NCBI GenBank assembly: GCA_964355175.1
Contig: CAYHBZ010000001.1
Location: 505,400 to 550,381 of the forward strand
Source: an uncultured Gammaproteobacteria bacterium
GTDB lineage: Bacteria; Patescibacteriota; Patescibacteriia; Magasanikbacterales; GWA2-37-8
Length of the DNA: 44,982 nucleotides
Direction of reading: 5' to 3'
Below, piece after piece: positions 27,522 through 35,726 of the stretch. Below the pieces are notes generated by a model. The model saw nothing but the letters and a program-made list of their open reading frames with translations, had not been told where the DNA came from and did not search any database. Positions within the stretch are counted from its first letter, which is position 1. Each line of letters starts with the position of its first letter. Made by a program: the position numbers and the translations under genes.

Positions 27522-28067
27522 TTACTGCCCCAGTGGATGAAAAAATGCGTCAATGATAGCTTTTAATATCACATAGCTAGCCACTGTTATCACCGCTCCC
27601 AGCACCGCCCAAAGAATAGTTTTGGTACCGGATTCTATTTTCTCAGGATTACCACCAGCATCGATCCAACTTACGGCTCCTTTTACTACCATCAACAATA
27701 CCGCACCGCCCATTATTCCCATCGCTACTCTGATTACCTGACCGATTATATCAGCTGGAGTTTTGACACCTCCCAAAGGATTATCTAATTTTGTATAGAT
27801 GGCTTTAGGATTTTGCGCTGATTGATTTTTGCTGGTATCAACCTCTTTTTTAGGAATTTTACTGCAATCTCCAGCTTGCTTGGTACAAATCAAGGCGTCC
27901 GTGCTTTTACATTTCAAATTCGTTTCTGCTTCACTGCTATATTCGGTACAGCCACCATCCGCGCAAACACATCTGAATGTGCTATCAGCCAAAACTACAG
28001 ATGGCAAGAGAATGATTAGTGCCAAAAAAAATGTTAAAAATATTTTTTCCAATTTTTTCATAATCAT
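27522..28067 (-). CDS. VirB2/TrbC-like pilin paralog P6 (N-terminal Cys-rich module)
   Basis: Signal peptide, then FRCVCADGGCTEY...KCKSTDALICTKQAGDC, then the two-helix pilin core (SWIDAGGNPEKIESG). Confidence 0.75.
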   Translation of the reverse strand: MIMKKLEKIFLTFFLALIILLPSVVLADSTFRCVCADGGCTEYSSEAETNLKCKSTDALICTKQAGDCSKIPKKEVDTSKNQSAQNPKAIYTKLDNPLGGVKTPADIIGQVIRVAMGIMGGAVLLMVVKGAVSWIDAGGNPEKIESGTKTILWAVLGAVITVASYVILKAIIDAFFHPLGQ

Positions 28068-28783
28068 CCAAATAAATTAGTAAACACAAATTTTACAAAT
28101 ATATAGCTGGATAAACTAAATACTATACCTAGGCTGGTCCAGGTCAATATACTCTTGGCTTTGGTAATATTTTCTGGACTAGACGACATCCATAAAAAGC
28201 CGGCATAAATATACATTATCATCGCTAGAGCACCGATAGGAAACATTAAAAAAGAAATTGCTCTTCCGAGTAATTGTACCACCCCATCTTTCCCCGTCAT
28301 AAAACCGACCGGATTCAAAATCTTTTTGGCTTCTGTTTTCAGCTGTCCTAATTTACCGGAGGCACTGGTATTAAAATCATCACAGTTACCTGGCTCAAAA
28401 TTACAATTTATCTCACCCGGATATCCTTTTTTACAAAGCCCAATATCATTGGATATATGGCATTTTTGTTCGGCGGTTTTGGTGTCGGTACAAACACAAC
28501 GATCGCTTGTGCCGCCTCCGCCATTGGGAGTTTTTTTACAAGGACCAGGATAAGCTTCACAACTTCCCACCGTTGCACATTTTGCTTGTGCTGTTGCCAA
28601 ATCCGGCTGCTGAAAACCATCATTACAAACGGCTTTATCTGCCGCCATATAACCCTTTCCTTTGGAAATATAGCCAAGACGACAATCACAACTATAAGTC
28701 TCAGCCTTGACCACCGACGGACTCGCAAAAAGCATCCCTACTAAAAATGCTCCAAAATATAATACCGTTTTAAAATTTTTCAT
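28064..28783 (-). CDS. VirB2/TrbC-like pilin paralog P7 (large N-terminal Cys-rich module)
   Basis: About 15 Cys in the first 150 aa (YSCDCRLGY..., CVCTDTK...), then the pilin core LWMSSSPENITKAK. The start is taken at MKNFKTV (28783). Confidence 0.75.
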   Translation of the reverse strand: MKNFKTVLYFGAFLVGMLFASPSVVKAETYSCDCRLGYISKGKGYMAADKAVCNDGFQQPDLATAQAKCATVGSCEAYPGPCKKTPNGGGGTSDRCVCTDTKTAEQKCHISNDIGLCKKGYPGEINCNFEPGNCDDFNTSASGKLGQLKTEAKKILNPVGFMTGKDGVVQLLGRAISFLMFPIGALAMIMYIYAGFLWMSSSPENITKAKSILTWTSLGIVFSLSSYIFVKFVFTNLFG

Positions 28784-28784
28784 A

Positions 28785-29471
28785 CTATTGTAAAGCATAA
28801 GTACTGCTGATACCGATGGCCGTACCTAAATAACTAACTAAAACATAGCCACAAAAAGCTACTACCAACCCCAGCAACGCGGCCATTATTATATCTTTCC
28901 CTTGAGTAATTTTATCCGGGGATCCGCTGGAGAAAATAAGGACGAAACCGCCATAGATAAAAAATAACAATGCCAAACCACCGACAAAACTTAATAAATA
29001 ATTCACAATAGTCAACATCAATGTGATAAAAATAGTCACATCAGTACAAGGATTTTTTTTATCGGTAAAATCAATCTTATCGGCCAAAGCACAGGCTGGT
29101 ATCACTTGACTCTTGGCGGCCTGCTCCACCTTCTTATCATCTTCTTTGGTTTGCTTTAAATTCTTTAAAGCAAGAACTTTTTCCTTTTGCCAACTACTTT
29201 TTCTTGCCGCGCAATCTTTTGTGTCATCCGCTTGCAAACACACAAAATTTACTTTCCCTTGAGGCACCAAAGTGGCGGGATAGGTAACACACTGATCTAA
29301 TGGCATCACTTTACAAACCGTTTCGGTGGTATTATTTATTTGCTCCGGTGTAGCCGAATCTAAATCTAGCTGACAATAACAATATATATCAGCGGCTTTC
29401 ACGGCCGTTGGCTGAAAAAATATTACCAAAAGCGGTAAAACCAACAGAAATACCTTTACAAAATTCTTCAT
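28785..29471 (-). CDS. VirB2/TrbC-like pilin paralog P8 (N-terminal Cys-rich module)
   Basis: IYCYCQLDL...VCKVMPLDQC...FVCLQADDTKDC, then a divergent pilin core (VLIFSSGSPDKITQGK). The start lies 1 nt after the SBP stop. Confidence 0.7.
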   Translation of the reverse strand: MKNFVKVFLLVLPLLVIFFQPTAVKAADIYCYCQLDLDSATPEQINNTTETVCKVMPLDQCVTYPATLVPQGKVNFVCLQADDTKDCAARKSSWQKEKVLALKNLKQTKEDDKKVEQAAKSQVIPACALADKIDFTDKKNPCTDVTIFITLMLTIVNYLLSFVGGLALLFFIYGGFVLIFSSGSPDKITQGKDIIMAALLGLVVAFCGYVLVSYLGTAIGISSTYALQ

Positions 29472-29472
29472 A

Positions 29473-30837
29473 CTAAAAAGTTTGATTTACCTTGGCGGCG
29501 CCTTGATTTAGAATCTCAGCCTTTATCTCTTGCGCCCGACTATCTTCTCCGATCGGCTGAAGCCATCGGGCAATCATTTCGCTTATTGCTTTTACAGCAG
29601 CCGCATAATCGCGCCCACGATACCAATTTTTGGCAATTAAAATTTGATTCACAAAAGGTTCGAGCTCCGGTTTAGTTTTTTGATCGGTAATATAAGCACG
29701 CAAAGCGGTCGGTCTGCCAGTCTTATCCAGATAATCCTTGGTAGCTTTGGAGTGAGTCAAAAAATTAATTAAACCCCAAGCTTCATTTTGATGCTTTGAT
29801 TTGGCCGTCACAGTCTGCACCCAATAGCTAGCCACATTGACCGGCTTATCCGGATTTAATTGAAACAACGGCAATACACGAAAATCCAATTGCGGAGCGC
29901 GAGATTTAATAATTGGATAGTGGTAACTATAACCAAAGAAAAATCCTACTTTTCCATTTACAAAAGCATCAAGCGCGTCACCCTGATCAGCCGACCAACT
30001 ATAAGTATCACGGGCCGGATTGGCATAATCGGTATAAAAATCCATCACATCAAAGGCGGCTCCACCTTGATTGAAGAAAGCTTGACCACTGCCGCCAACA
30101 AAACTTAAATTACTCTGCTGATACAAAATATAGAGCAGATCATCACTACCCGGCACATTTTCTCCAGTACCAAAAGCGGCTCCGGATTGAATAATTTTAC
30201 CAGTTTTTTTGTCGTACTTGGTAATCTTTTTTACATGCTGCTGAAATTCTTCCCAATTGGTCGGTGGTTGAGCAATACCGGCGCGATCCAAAAGATCTTT
30301 ATTGTAGTAAACCGCCATCATATCTATCGAAAGCGGCAAACCATAGATTTCTCCGCCCTTTACCACATCATCCTTTACCACTTTAATATATTCATTATCA
30401 AGCTGAGCCAGATTCACGAGCGGCTGAGTGAGAGTATTTACCGTCACCGTCTGACTAAACTTTCCTTTTTCCACGAGCACGGTCGTATCTGGCACAGACG
30501 CCGGCATCGGTGCAAGTTTACTGACAAATTTTCCTAAATCACGATTTTGTATAGAAATAATATCCGGACCATGGTCTTCGGCCAAAGCTTCAATCAGACG
30601 AGGATACAATTCATCGGCACGCAACTGGCGAATATTTACATTTATATATTGTCGTAGACCGCGATAGGCATTTATTTCAGCCTGCATCGCATCCACATCA
30701 TCAAACACTGTCCAATATTCCAGCGTTACCGGTTTGGTAGCCTGTTGTTGAGCGCCAGACAAACCTTTACAACCAAAACCAGCGGTCAAAAGCAAAACCG
30801 CCAGAGTAGAGAATGAAATTATATTTTTTAATTTCAT
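29473..30837 (-). CDS. Lipoprotein, ABC-transporter extracellular solute-binding protein family 1 (sugar-type); orphan, with no permease or ATPase nearby
   Basis: Lipobox-like LLTAGFGC. Size and sequence style match sugar SBPs (YWTVFDD..., AVYYNKDLL, WEEF). Confidence 0.75.
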   Translation of the reverse strand: MKLKNIISFSTLAVLLLTAGFGCKGLSGAQQQATKPVTLEYWTVFDDVDAMQAEINAYRGLRQYINVNIRQLRADELYPRLIEALAEDHGPDIISIQNRDLGKFVSKLAPMPASVPDTTVLVEKGKFSQTVTVNTLTQPLVNLAQLDNEYIKVVKDDVVKGGEIYGLPLSIDMMAVYYNKDLLDRAGIAQPPTNWEEFQQHVKKITKYDKKTGKIIQSGAAFGTGENVPGSDDLLYILYQQSNLSFVGGSGQAFFNQGGAAFDVMDFYTDYANPARDTYSWSADQGDALDAFVNGKVGFFFGYSYHYPIIKSRAPQLDFRVLPLFQLNPDKPVNVASYWVQTVTAKSKHQNEAWGLINFLTHSKATKDYLDKTGRPTALRAYITDQKTKPELEPFVNQILIAKNWYRGRDYAAAVKAISEMIARWLQPIGEDSRAQEIKAEILNQGAAKVNQTF

Positions 30838-30846
30838 AATTTAGTC

Positions 30847-30894
30847 TGTCATCCTGAGCGTAGCGAAAGATCCCTCATCTCATTCGGGATGACA
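30847..30894. repeat. GTCATCC...GGGATGAC hairpin repeat (REP-like family member)
   Basis: tgtcatcctgagcgtagcgaaagatccctc...cgggatgaca. It contains the GAGCGTAGCGA core. Confidence 0.65.
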
Positions 30895-30917
30895 ATTATA
30901 AAAACTTAATTGGTAAA

Positions 30918-31787
30918 TTATACCACAGTTTTCAAATATTTCCTAAAGTCATCTTTTAATTTTGGATCGCGCAAAGCAAATTCAACATTGGCGCGCAAAT
31001 ATCCCAATTTTGAACCGGTATCATGATAAGTGCCGTCCACCTGACAGGCGTAAATTGGACGTTTTTTTAACAATTTGAATATCGCGTCTACCAACCACAA
31101 TTCACCGCCTTTTCCTATTTTTGTTTTTTCCAACGCTTCAAAAATATCCGGAGTCAACACAAATCCACCCAAACTGGCGATACGAGACGGAGCGGACTTT
31201 GGCCCCGGTTTTTCCACAATATTTTTTACTTGCACTACTCCTTTTTCAACTTCTATACCGTCAATTATACCATATCTTTCAGTCCCACTATCATCTACTT
31301 TGTACCCTGTCACAACCGGATCGCCATATTTTTCATACACTTCTACAAGTTGTTGTAATTGAGATTTTTTGGGAGTATAAAAAAATTCATCACCCCACAT
31401 TACTGCAAAAGGTTCGTCCCCAATTATATCCTTGGCGCACAAAACCGGCGTACCATTTCCATATGGACCCTTTTGGCGAATGAAAATAAAGTTGGCCATA
31501 TCGGCAATCTTTTTTACATCTTCGGCCATCTCATGTTTCTTTTGCTTTTTCAGCCAGTTGATCAATTCATAATTTGGACTAAAATGATCTTCCACCGCAC
31601 GCTTGCTCGGACCGGTTACCATAATAATATCAGTAATGCCAGCACGAATTGCGTCTTCTACCACATATTGGATAATCGGTTTGTCCACCACTGGCAACAT
31701 CTCTTTTGGCTGAGCTTTGGTAGCTGGTAAAAATCGAGTACCCAGACCGGCGACCGGAATAACTAACTTACGAATTTTTTGTGACAT
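30918..31787 (-). CDS. galU: UTP-glucose-1-phosphate uridylyltransferase
   Basis: IPVAGLGTRFLPATKAQPKEMLPVVDKPIIQY, plus typical length. Confidence 0.92.
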   Translation of the reverse strand: MSQKIRKLVIPVAGLGTRFLPATKAQPKEMLPVVDKPIIQYVVEDAIRAGITDIIMVTGPSKRAVEDHFSPNYELINWLKKQKKHEMAEDVKKIADMANFIFIRQKGPYGNGTPVLCAKDIIGDEPFAVMWGDEFFYTPKKSQLQQLVEVYEKYGDPVVTGYKVDDSGTERYGIIDGIEVEKGVVQVKNIVEKPGPKSAPSRIASLGGFVLTPDIFEALEKTKIGKGGELWLVDAIFKLLKKRPIYACQVDGTYHDTGSKLGYLRANVEFALRDPKLKDDFRKYLKTVV

Positions 31788-31806
31788 AAATAATAGTTGT
31801 ATTAAA

Positions 31807-31831
31807 GATCCCTAGCTACGCTCGGGATGAC
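31807..31831. repeat. Half-copy of the same hairpin repeat, inverted relative to 30848-30872
   Basis: gatccctagctacgctcgggatgac is the reverse complement of gtcatcccgagcgtagctagggatc, about 21/25 identical to 30848-30872. The two copies bracket galU. Confidence 0.6.
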
Positions 31832-31863
31832 ATAATTATAGCAAAGAAACAAAAAATTGCAAT

Positions 31864-33237
31864 TTACTCTACTTCCTCCCAAGAAATCAGATTATACTGC
31901 GAACCAACTGGAAAACCAGGTGGAGGCCCATAGGTCAAATTGGCGTCATAAGTAGCATTGGTGACGCGATAACCAGAAACCACTGCCCCACCACCCGACA
32001 CCCAGCTCCAAGTCCAAAGTCCATTAGAGATTACCGAACCATAAATAATCAGATCATCTTTCATATCGCCCGGATAATAATAGCGTTTGGCCGCTCCGTT
32101 TTGAGCTAGCAATGCGGCGTTAATTTCCAGTGAATTTAGAGAATCATGCGGGATTAAAATATTTTGTTCGGCCATTAAACCCAACACATGATTTCCATCT
32201 TTGGCACTATATAATAAATTACCATTTATAATAATACTTTTCCCAGTAGCTGTACCTACAGTGGCGCGACCATTTATCGTGCCGTCTACCCAGACATTAT
32301 CTTCTACATATATGTAGCCATTTGTGGGCATACTATAAGTAGTAGGCGTACCATATGTAGCCGCGTCAATGCACGGCCAAAAATAATTATTATCATTTAC
32401 ATCTTTGGCTTTATAACAATTAGTAGTATTTACTTTATAAGCTTTAAAAGTGCCGTCAGACAAAAACTGCAGACGCCAACCTTGTTTGCCAGAAGACGAC
32501 AAATAAACACCGCCGACTTCCTGGGAACCGGTTTTTATCTGAGCCAAGCTGGCAGTAATAGCCGAAAAATCTTGCGCTGGTGCCGGGAAACTCCAATAGG
32601 TGGTCGGACCTCCTTGACCCCAAATACCGGGCTTAATTTGATTACCACAACCATGATAATCTTTACAGAGATAAGTCGGCACCGCGCTAGTAATTGGAGC
32701 ATTACCTACACCATCAAAGCGAACACCGCCGTTGGCATGAAATTTACCGCTAATTGTTTCATTGTTCCCAATCCACACATCGCCATTAGTCAAAAAAGCA
32801 TAATCCGTCAGAGCCGGAAAACCCAAACGCGCTTTGAGTACACGTTTGCTGTTGGGCTGTGAATCCAGCCAGCCGGTAGATTCTACCGTCACCACAGTGG
32901 AGCCGGTAAGCGGCGCAATAATATTGAGAGAAAAATGACCGACCGCGTTGCCGTCTTTATCTTCATAGGCATGGACATACGGTCCGGAAGCGCCAGTACC
33001 ATCTTGGTAATCATTTTTGTCGTGCGCCAGATGCCAGCGATAATAATTTATCCCGGCTTCGGCAATCTGAAAAGCCATCTCGCGATTGTGTTTATAATTC
33101 GACGCCCCGTTCTCCGAAATAGCATAACCCGATACACCAATCACAATCAAACTAAAAGCAATCGCGCCAAAAATCATCACGAACATTAAAATATTGCCGT
33201 GATTATTTTTTTTAAATTTTTTAAAAACAGAATTCAT
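31864..33237 (-). CDS. Hypothetical pilus-associated protein with a PilX-like hydrophobic N-terminus
   Basis: N-terminal TM segment (ILMFVMIFGAIAFSLIVIGVSG) followed by a large extracellular domain. It abuts two prepilin genes. Confidence 0.55.
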   Translation of the reverse strand: MNSVFKKFKKNNHGNILMFVMIFGAIAFSLIVIGVSGYAISENGASNYKHNREMAFQIAEAGINYYRWHLAHDKNDYQDGTGASGPYVHAYEDKDGNAVGHFSLNIIAPLTGSTVVTVESTGWLDSQPNSKRVLKARLGFPALTDYAFLTNGDVWIGNNETISGKFHANGGVRFDGVGNAPITSAVPTYLCKDYHGCGNQIKPGIWGQGGPTTYWSFPAPAQDFSAITASLAQIKTGSQEVGGVYLSSSGKQGWRLQFLSDGTFKAYKVNTTNCYKAKDVNDNNYFWPCIDAATYGTPTTYSMPTNGYIYVEDNVWVDGTINGRATVGTATGKSIIINGNLLYSAKDGNHVLGLMAEQNILIPHDSLNSLEINAALLAQNGAAKRYYYPGDMKDDLIIYGSVISNGLWTWSWVSGGGAVVSGYRVTNATYDANLTYGPPPGFPVGSQYNLISWEEVE

Positions 33238-33843
33238 TTAATTACTTTTTAAATTTCTAATTTCTGTTTTTCCTTCTATATAAAGCGGCGCTGGCGAAAC
33301 ATTTGGTCGCAAATCGAGCCAAAGTTTAATGCCGATCATACGGATTTTGGAAATATCTATCGGGAAATTCATACTAGAGGTGCTACTGATGCCGTCGTAA
33401 CTTTGATCATAATAATAAAAAAGAGTGGTGGTATTATTGAGATCATGAGACACTTCCGACACCACTTCATTGACACTGTTATAAGCAAGCGGAGTGCCGG
33501 TCGGTTTGATAATACCGCGTTTGAGAGTGGTGCCAGAAACAAAATATCGCACTCGTTCTTTCCAGCTATCAGTATCAACATTGGAATAAAAAATAATTTG
33601 ATCCGCGTTGGCTAGCTCTACCGGATAAGCACCGACACTAGAATAACTAGAACGACGCAAATCATTCAAAAAATTTTGACTGGCAATACGACCATCATTT
33701 TGCTTTGACAACTGCTCAAAAACCACATCTTTGCCGTGATTGCCCCATATGAGCATTTCCGCGATAGTGCCGGAAAACATTATAAATATTCCCATTACTA
33801 CCAGCATCTCAATCAGCGAAAAACCTTTATTATTCAATTTCAT
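33238..33843 (-). CDS. Type IV pilin-like protein (prepilin-type N-terminal cleavage/methylation motif)
   Basis: KG|FSLIEMLVVMGIF gives G-1, F+1 and E+5. Confidence 0.8.
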   Translation of the reverse strand: MKLNNKGFSLIEMLVVMGIFIMFSGTIAEMLIWGNHGKDVVFEQLSKQNDGRIASQNFLNDLRRSSYSSVGAYPVELANADQIIFYSNVDTDSWKERVRYFVSGTTLKRGIIKPTGTPLAYNSVNEVVSEVSHDLNNTTTLFYYYDQSYDGISSTSSMNFPIDISKIRMIGIKLWLDLRPNVSPAPLYIEGKTEIRNLKSN

Positions 33844-33844
33844 A

Positions 33845-35638
33845 TTATAAAGGTGACAAATTTACTTCCACTTCCCCGTTGCCGCTCACAGAAATATCAC
33901 CATTGTTGGTGCTATAGCCACTACGAGAAATATCCAAATTATAAGTACCACTGCTTAAACCATTAAAAAATACTTGGCCTGGCGGAATACAATTATTGGT
34001 AAAAGTAATATCTACTTCTGAAAGCTGAGGCGTATAATGATTGTCGGCCGTAGACAAAAATACACGATAACGCACATAGCGATTATTGGCCAAACCGGAA
34101 TATATCACCGAACTGGTACTCGAATAATAAGTGGTATTACTGCCATCAGGACCAACAAAATTCCAGCTAGCGGCGTTGGGTGTATTGGTCGCGGCCAATT
34201 GAAACAGTATTGGAGAGGCTCCGGTTTGAGCCGGCTGTGAGAGTGGTTCAAAAATTAAATTGCGCAAAGTCACGCTACTGCCCAAATCAAAAGTAGATGA
34301 TTCCAAATTGCCACTGGCGGCATAAAAATTTCCGGTCTTTTTTAATTTCAAATCACCATCCGGTGATGAATTTTCTAAATTTCCACTATCGACAAAATAT
34401 TTGGCATCATCAATAAAATTAGTCTGGCCGCTTCCATTAGACCAATCGGTCTGACGAATATATCCCAGATCAGTTTGCAGACTATCATCAAAGCCAGAGC
34501 CGACCAAATGCACCGTGGCATTGGAAAGCGGTAGACCGGTGCCCGCATCCTTGGCTTTTATCAACAGGGAATTGGCTGTATGCGATTCCAGAATTAAAAA
34601 CAAATTTTGGCTTGATCCCGGATTTAATTTAAACGGCAACATCGGCACTGTTCCAGCCAAATCATAAGTGGTTCCATCTAAATCCAAATCATAGGTATCC
34701 CATTCTAAATTATTTAAACTATAATTATTGGCAGAAAGAGAAAAATTTAAACTAGTTTTATAAACATTTGGATTGGCGCCAAGAATTTTTGTACCAAATA
34801 AATTTACCGAAGGGCCGCCGACCGCCCCGCAAGTCTGATCCACTGAATAAACATTTAAATCCGACGACTTATCGATACTAAAACTTATCTCGGTGATATT
34901 TTGACTCACTACATTCGATGGCGGTTTGAGTGGATTGGGATTGGCGACTGAGCTACTCACCGTGTAATCACTATTATATCCATTTTTACTTACAGTAATA
35001 TTATAGCTAAGTGTGCCGGTGGGCGCGTCCACTATTTTTAACATCCCATCATTATCGGTCACATCATCGATAATCACATCCGGGTTGATCACGGTGTTTA
35101 CTATATGAACATTGGCTTGAGTTACCGGCAAACCATTGGCATCAAAAACATGAATAAATAAAGCGCCATTTTGACTAGCCCCTTCCAAATTTTTTGGAGA
35201 CACTATCGTACTAAGTATTACCGGTTCTTTCTGACTACAATTATCACAAATCGCTGACATTTCTACCTGTTTATAATCCGCGGCAGAGGCATCATTTGGA
35301 TTACCTCCCAAAATTCCATCAAAAGGATCGTCAATATTGCGAACCGAAGTAATCACCGTAAAATTAGCGCCATTGCGATTGATAGTTTGTGAATGTAGTA
35401 ATACACCTGCTGGTATACCATTTACCAGACCCACACTATCATATGGAATATTGTGTACGATTTCCAACTGTTCACTCAGCAAAGCCGTTTCCAAAATTTT
35501 CATGCGCGACTGATACACAATTTTAAAGACCATCGATATAGTACTATATATACCCAGCGCGAAAATCAAAAAAATTGCGATCGCGACACTGATCTCAATG
35601 AGAGTAAAGCCGGAAACTTTAAATTTTTCTTTTTGCAT
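33845..35638 (-). CDS. Large (597 aa) type IV prepilin-like protein with repeated carboxypeptidase-regulatory/Ig-like modules
   Basis: SG|FTLIEISVAIAIF prepilin motif. Several ...V.V....G...T.D..G.. beta-sandwich-like repeats follow. Confidence 0.75.
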   Translation of the reverse strand: MQKEKFKVSGFTLIEISVAIAIFLIFALGIYSTISMVFKIVYQSRMKILETALLSEQLEIVHNIPYDSVGLVNGIPAGVLLHSQTINRNGANFTVITSVRNIDDPFDGILGGNPNDASAADYKQVEMSAICDNCSQKEPVILSTIVSPKNLEGASQNGALFIHVFDANGLPVTQANVHIVNTVINPDVIIDDVTDNDGMLKIVDAPTGTLSYNITVSKNGYNSDYTVSSSVANPNPLKPPSNVVSQNITEISFSIDKSSDLNVYSVDQTCGAVGGPSVNLFGTKILGANPNVYKTSLNFSLSANNYSLNNLEWDTYDLDLDGTTYDLAGTVPMLPFKLNPGSSQNLFLILESHTANSLLIKAKDAGTGLPLSNATVHLVGSGFDDSLQTDLGYIRQTDWSNGSGQTNFIDDAKYFVDSGNLENSSPDGDLKLKKTGNFYAASGNLESSTFDLGSSVTLRNLIFEPLSQPAQTGASPILFQLAATNTPNAASWNFVGPDGSNTTYYSSTSSVIYSGLANNRYVRYRVFLSTADNHYTPQLSEVDITFTNNCIPPGQVFFNGLSSGTYNLDISRSGYSTNNGDISVSGNGEVEVNLSPL

Positions 35639-35679
35639 ATATACATTATACCAAATTTTCTCACAAAAAAATATCCACT

Positions 35680-35709
35680 TTCAACAAAAACAAAAAAATG
35701 TGGTATAAT
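35680..35709 (+). promoter_or_regulatory. Candidate ftsK promoter (TTCAAC-18-TATAAT with TGg extended -10)
   Basis: tTTCAACaaaaacaaaaaaatgtggTATAAT, 18 nt upstream of the ATG at 35727. Confidence 0.4.
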
Positions 35710-35726
35710 AATGTTAACAAAAATTT

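Noticed and set aside
23451-29000. Recurrent conserved block of about 25 nt (TTCRTTGCC....GCAGTCATCCA), considered as a possible CRISPR-like or tandem DNA repeat
   Set aside because: The spacing is irregular (about 450-700 bp) and each copy lies inside a pilin paralog, where it encodes the W-M-T-A-G-G-N-E loop. It reflects protein-level paralogy and is not a repeat array.
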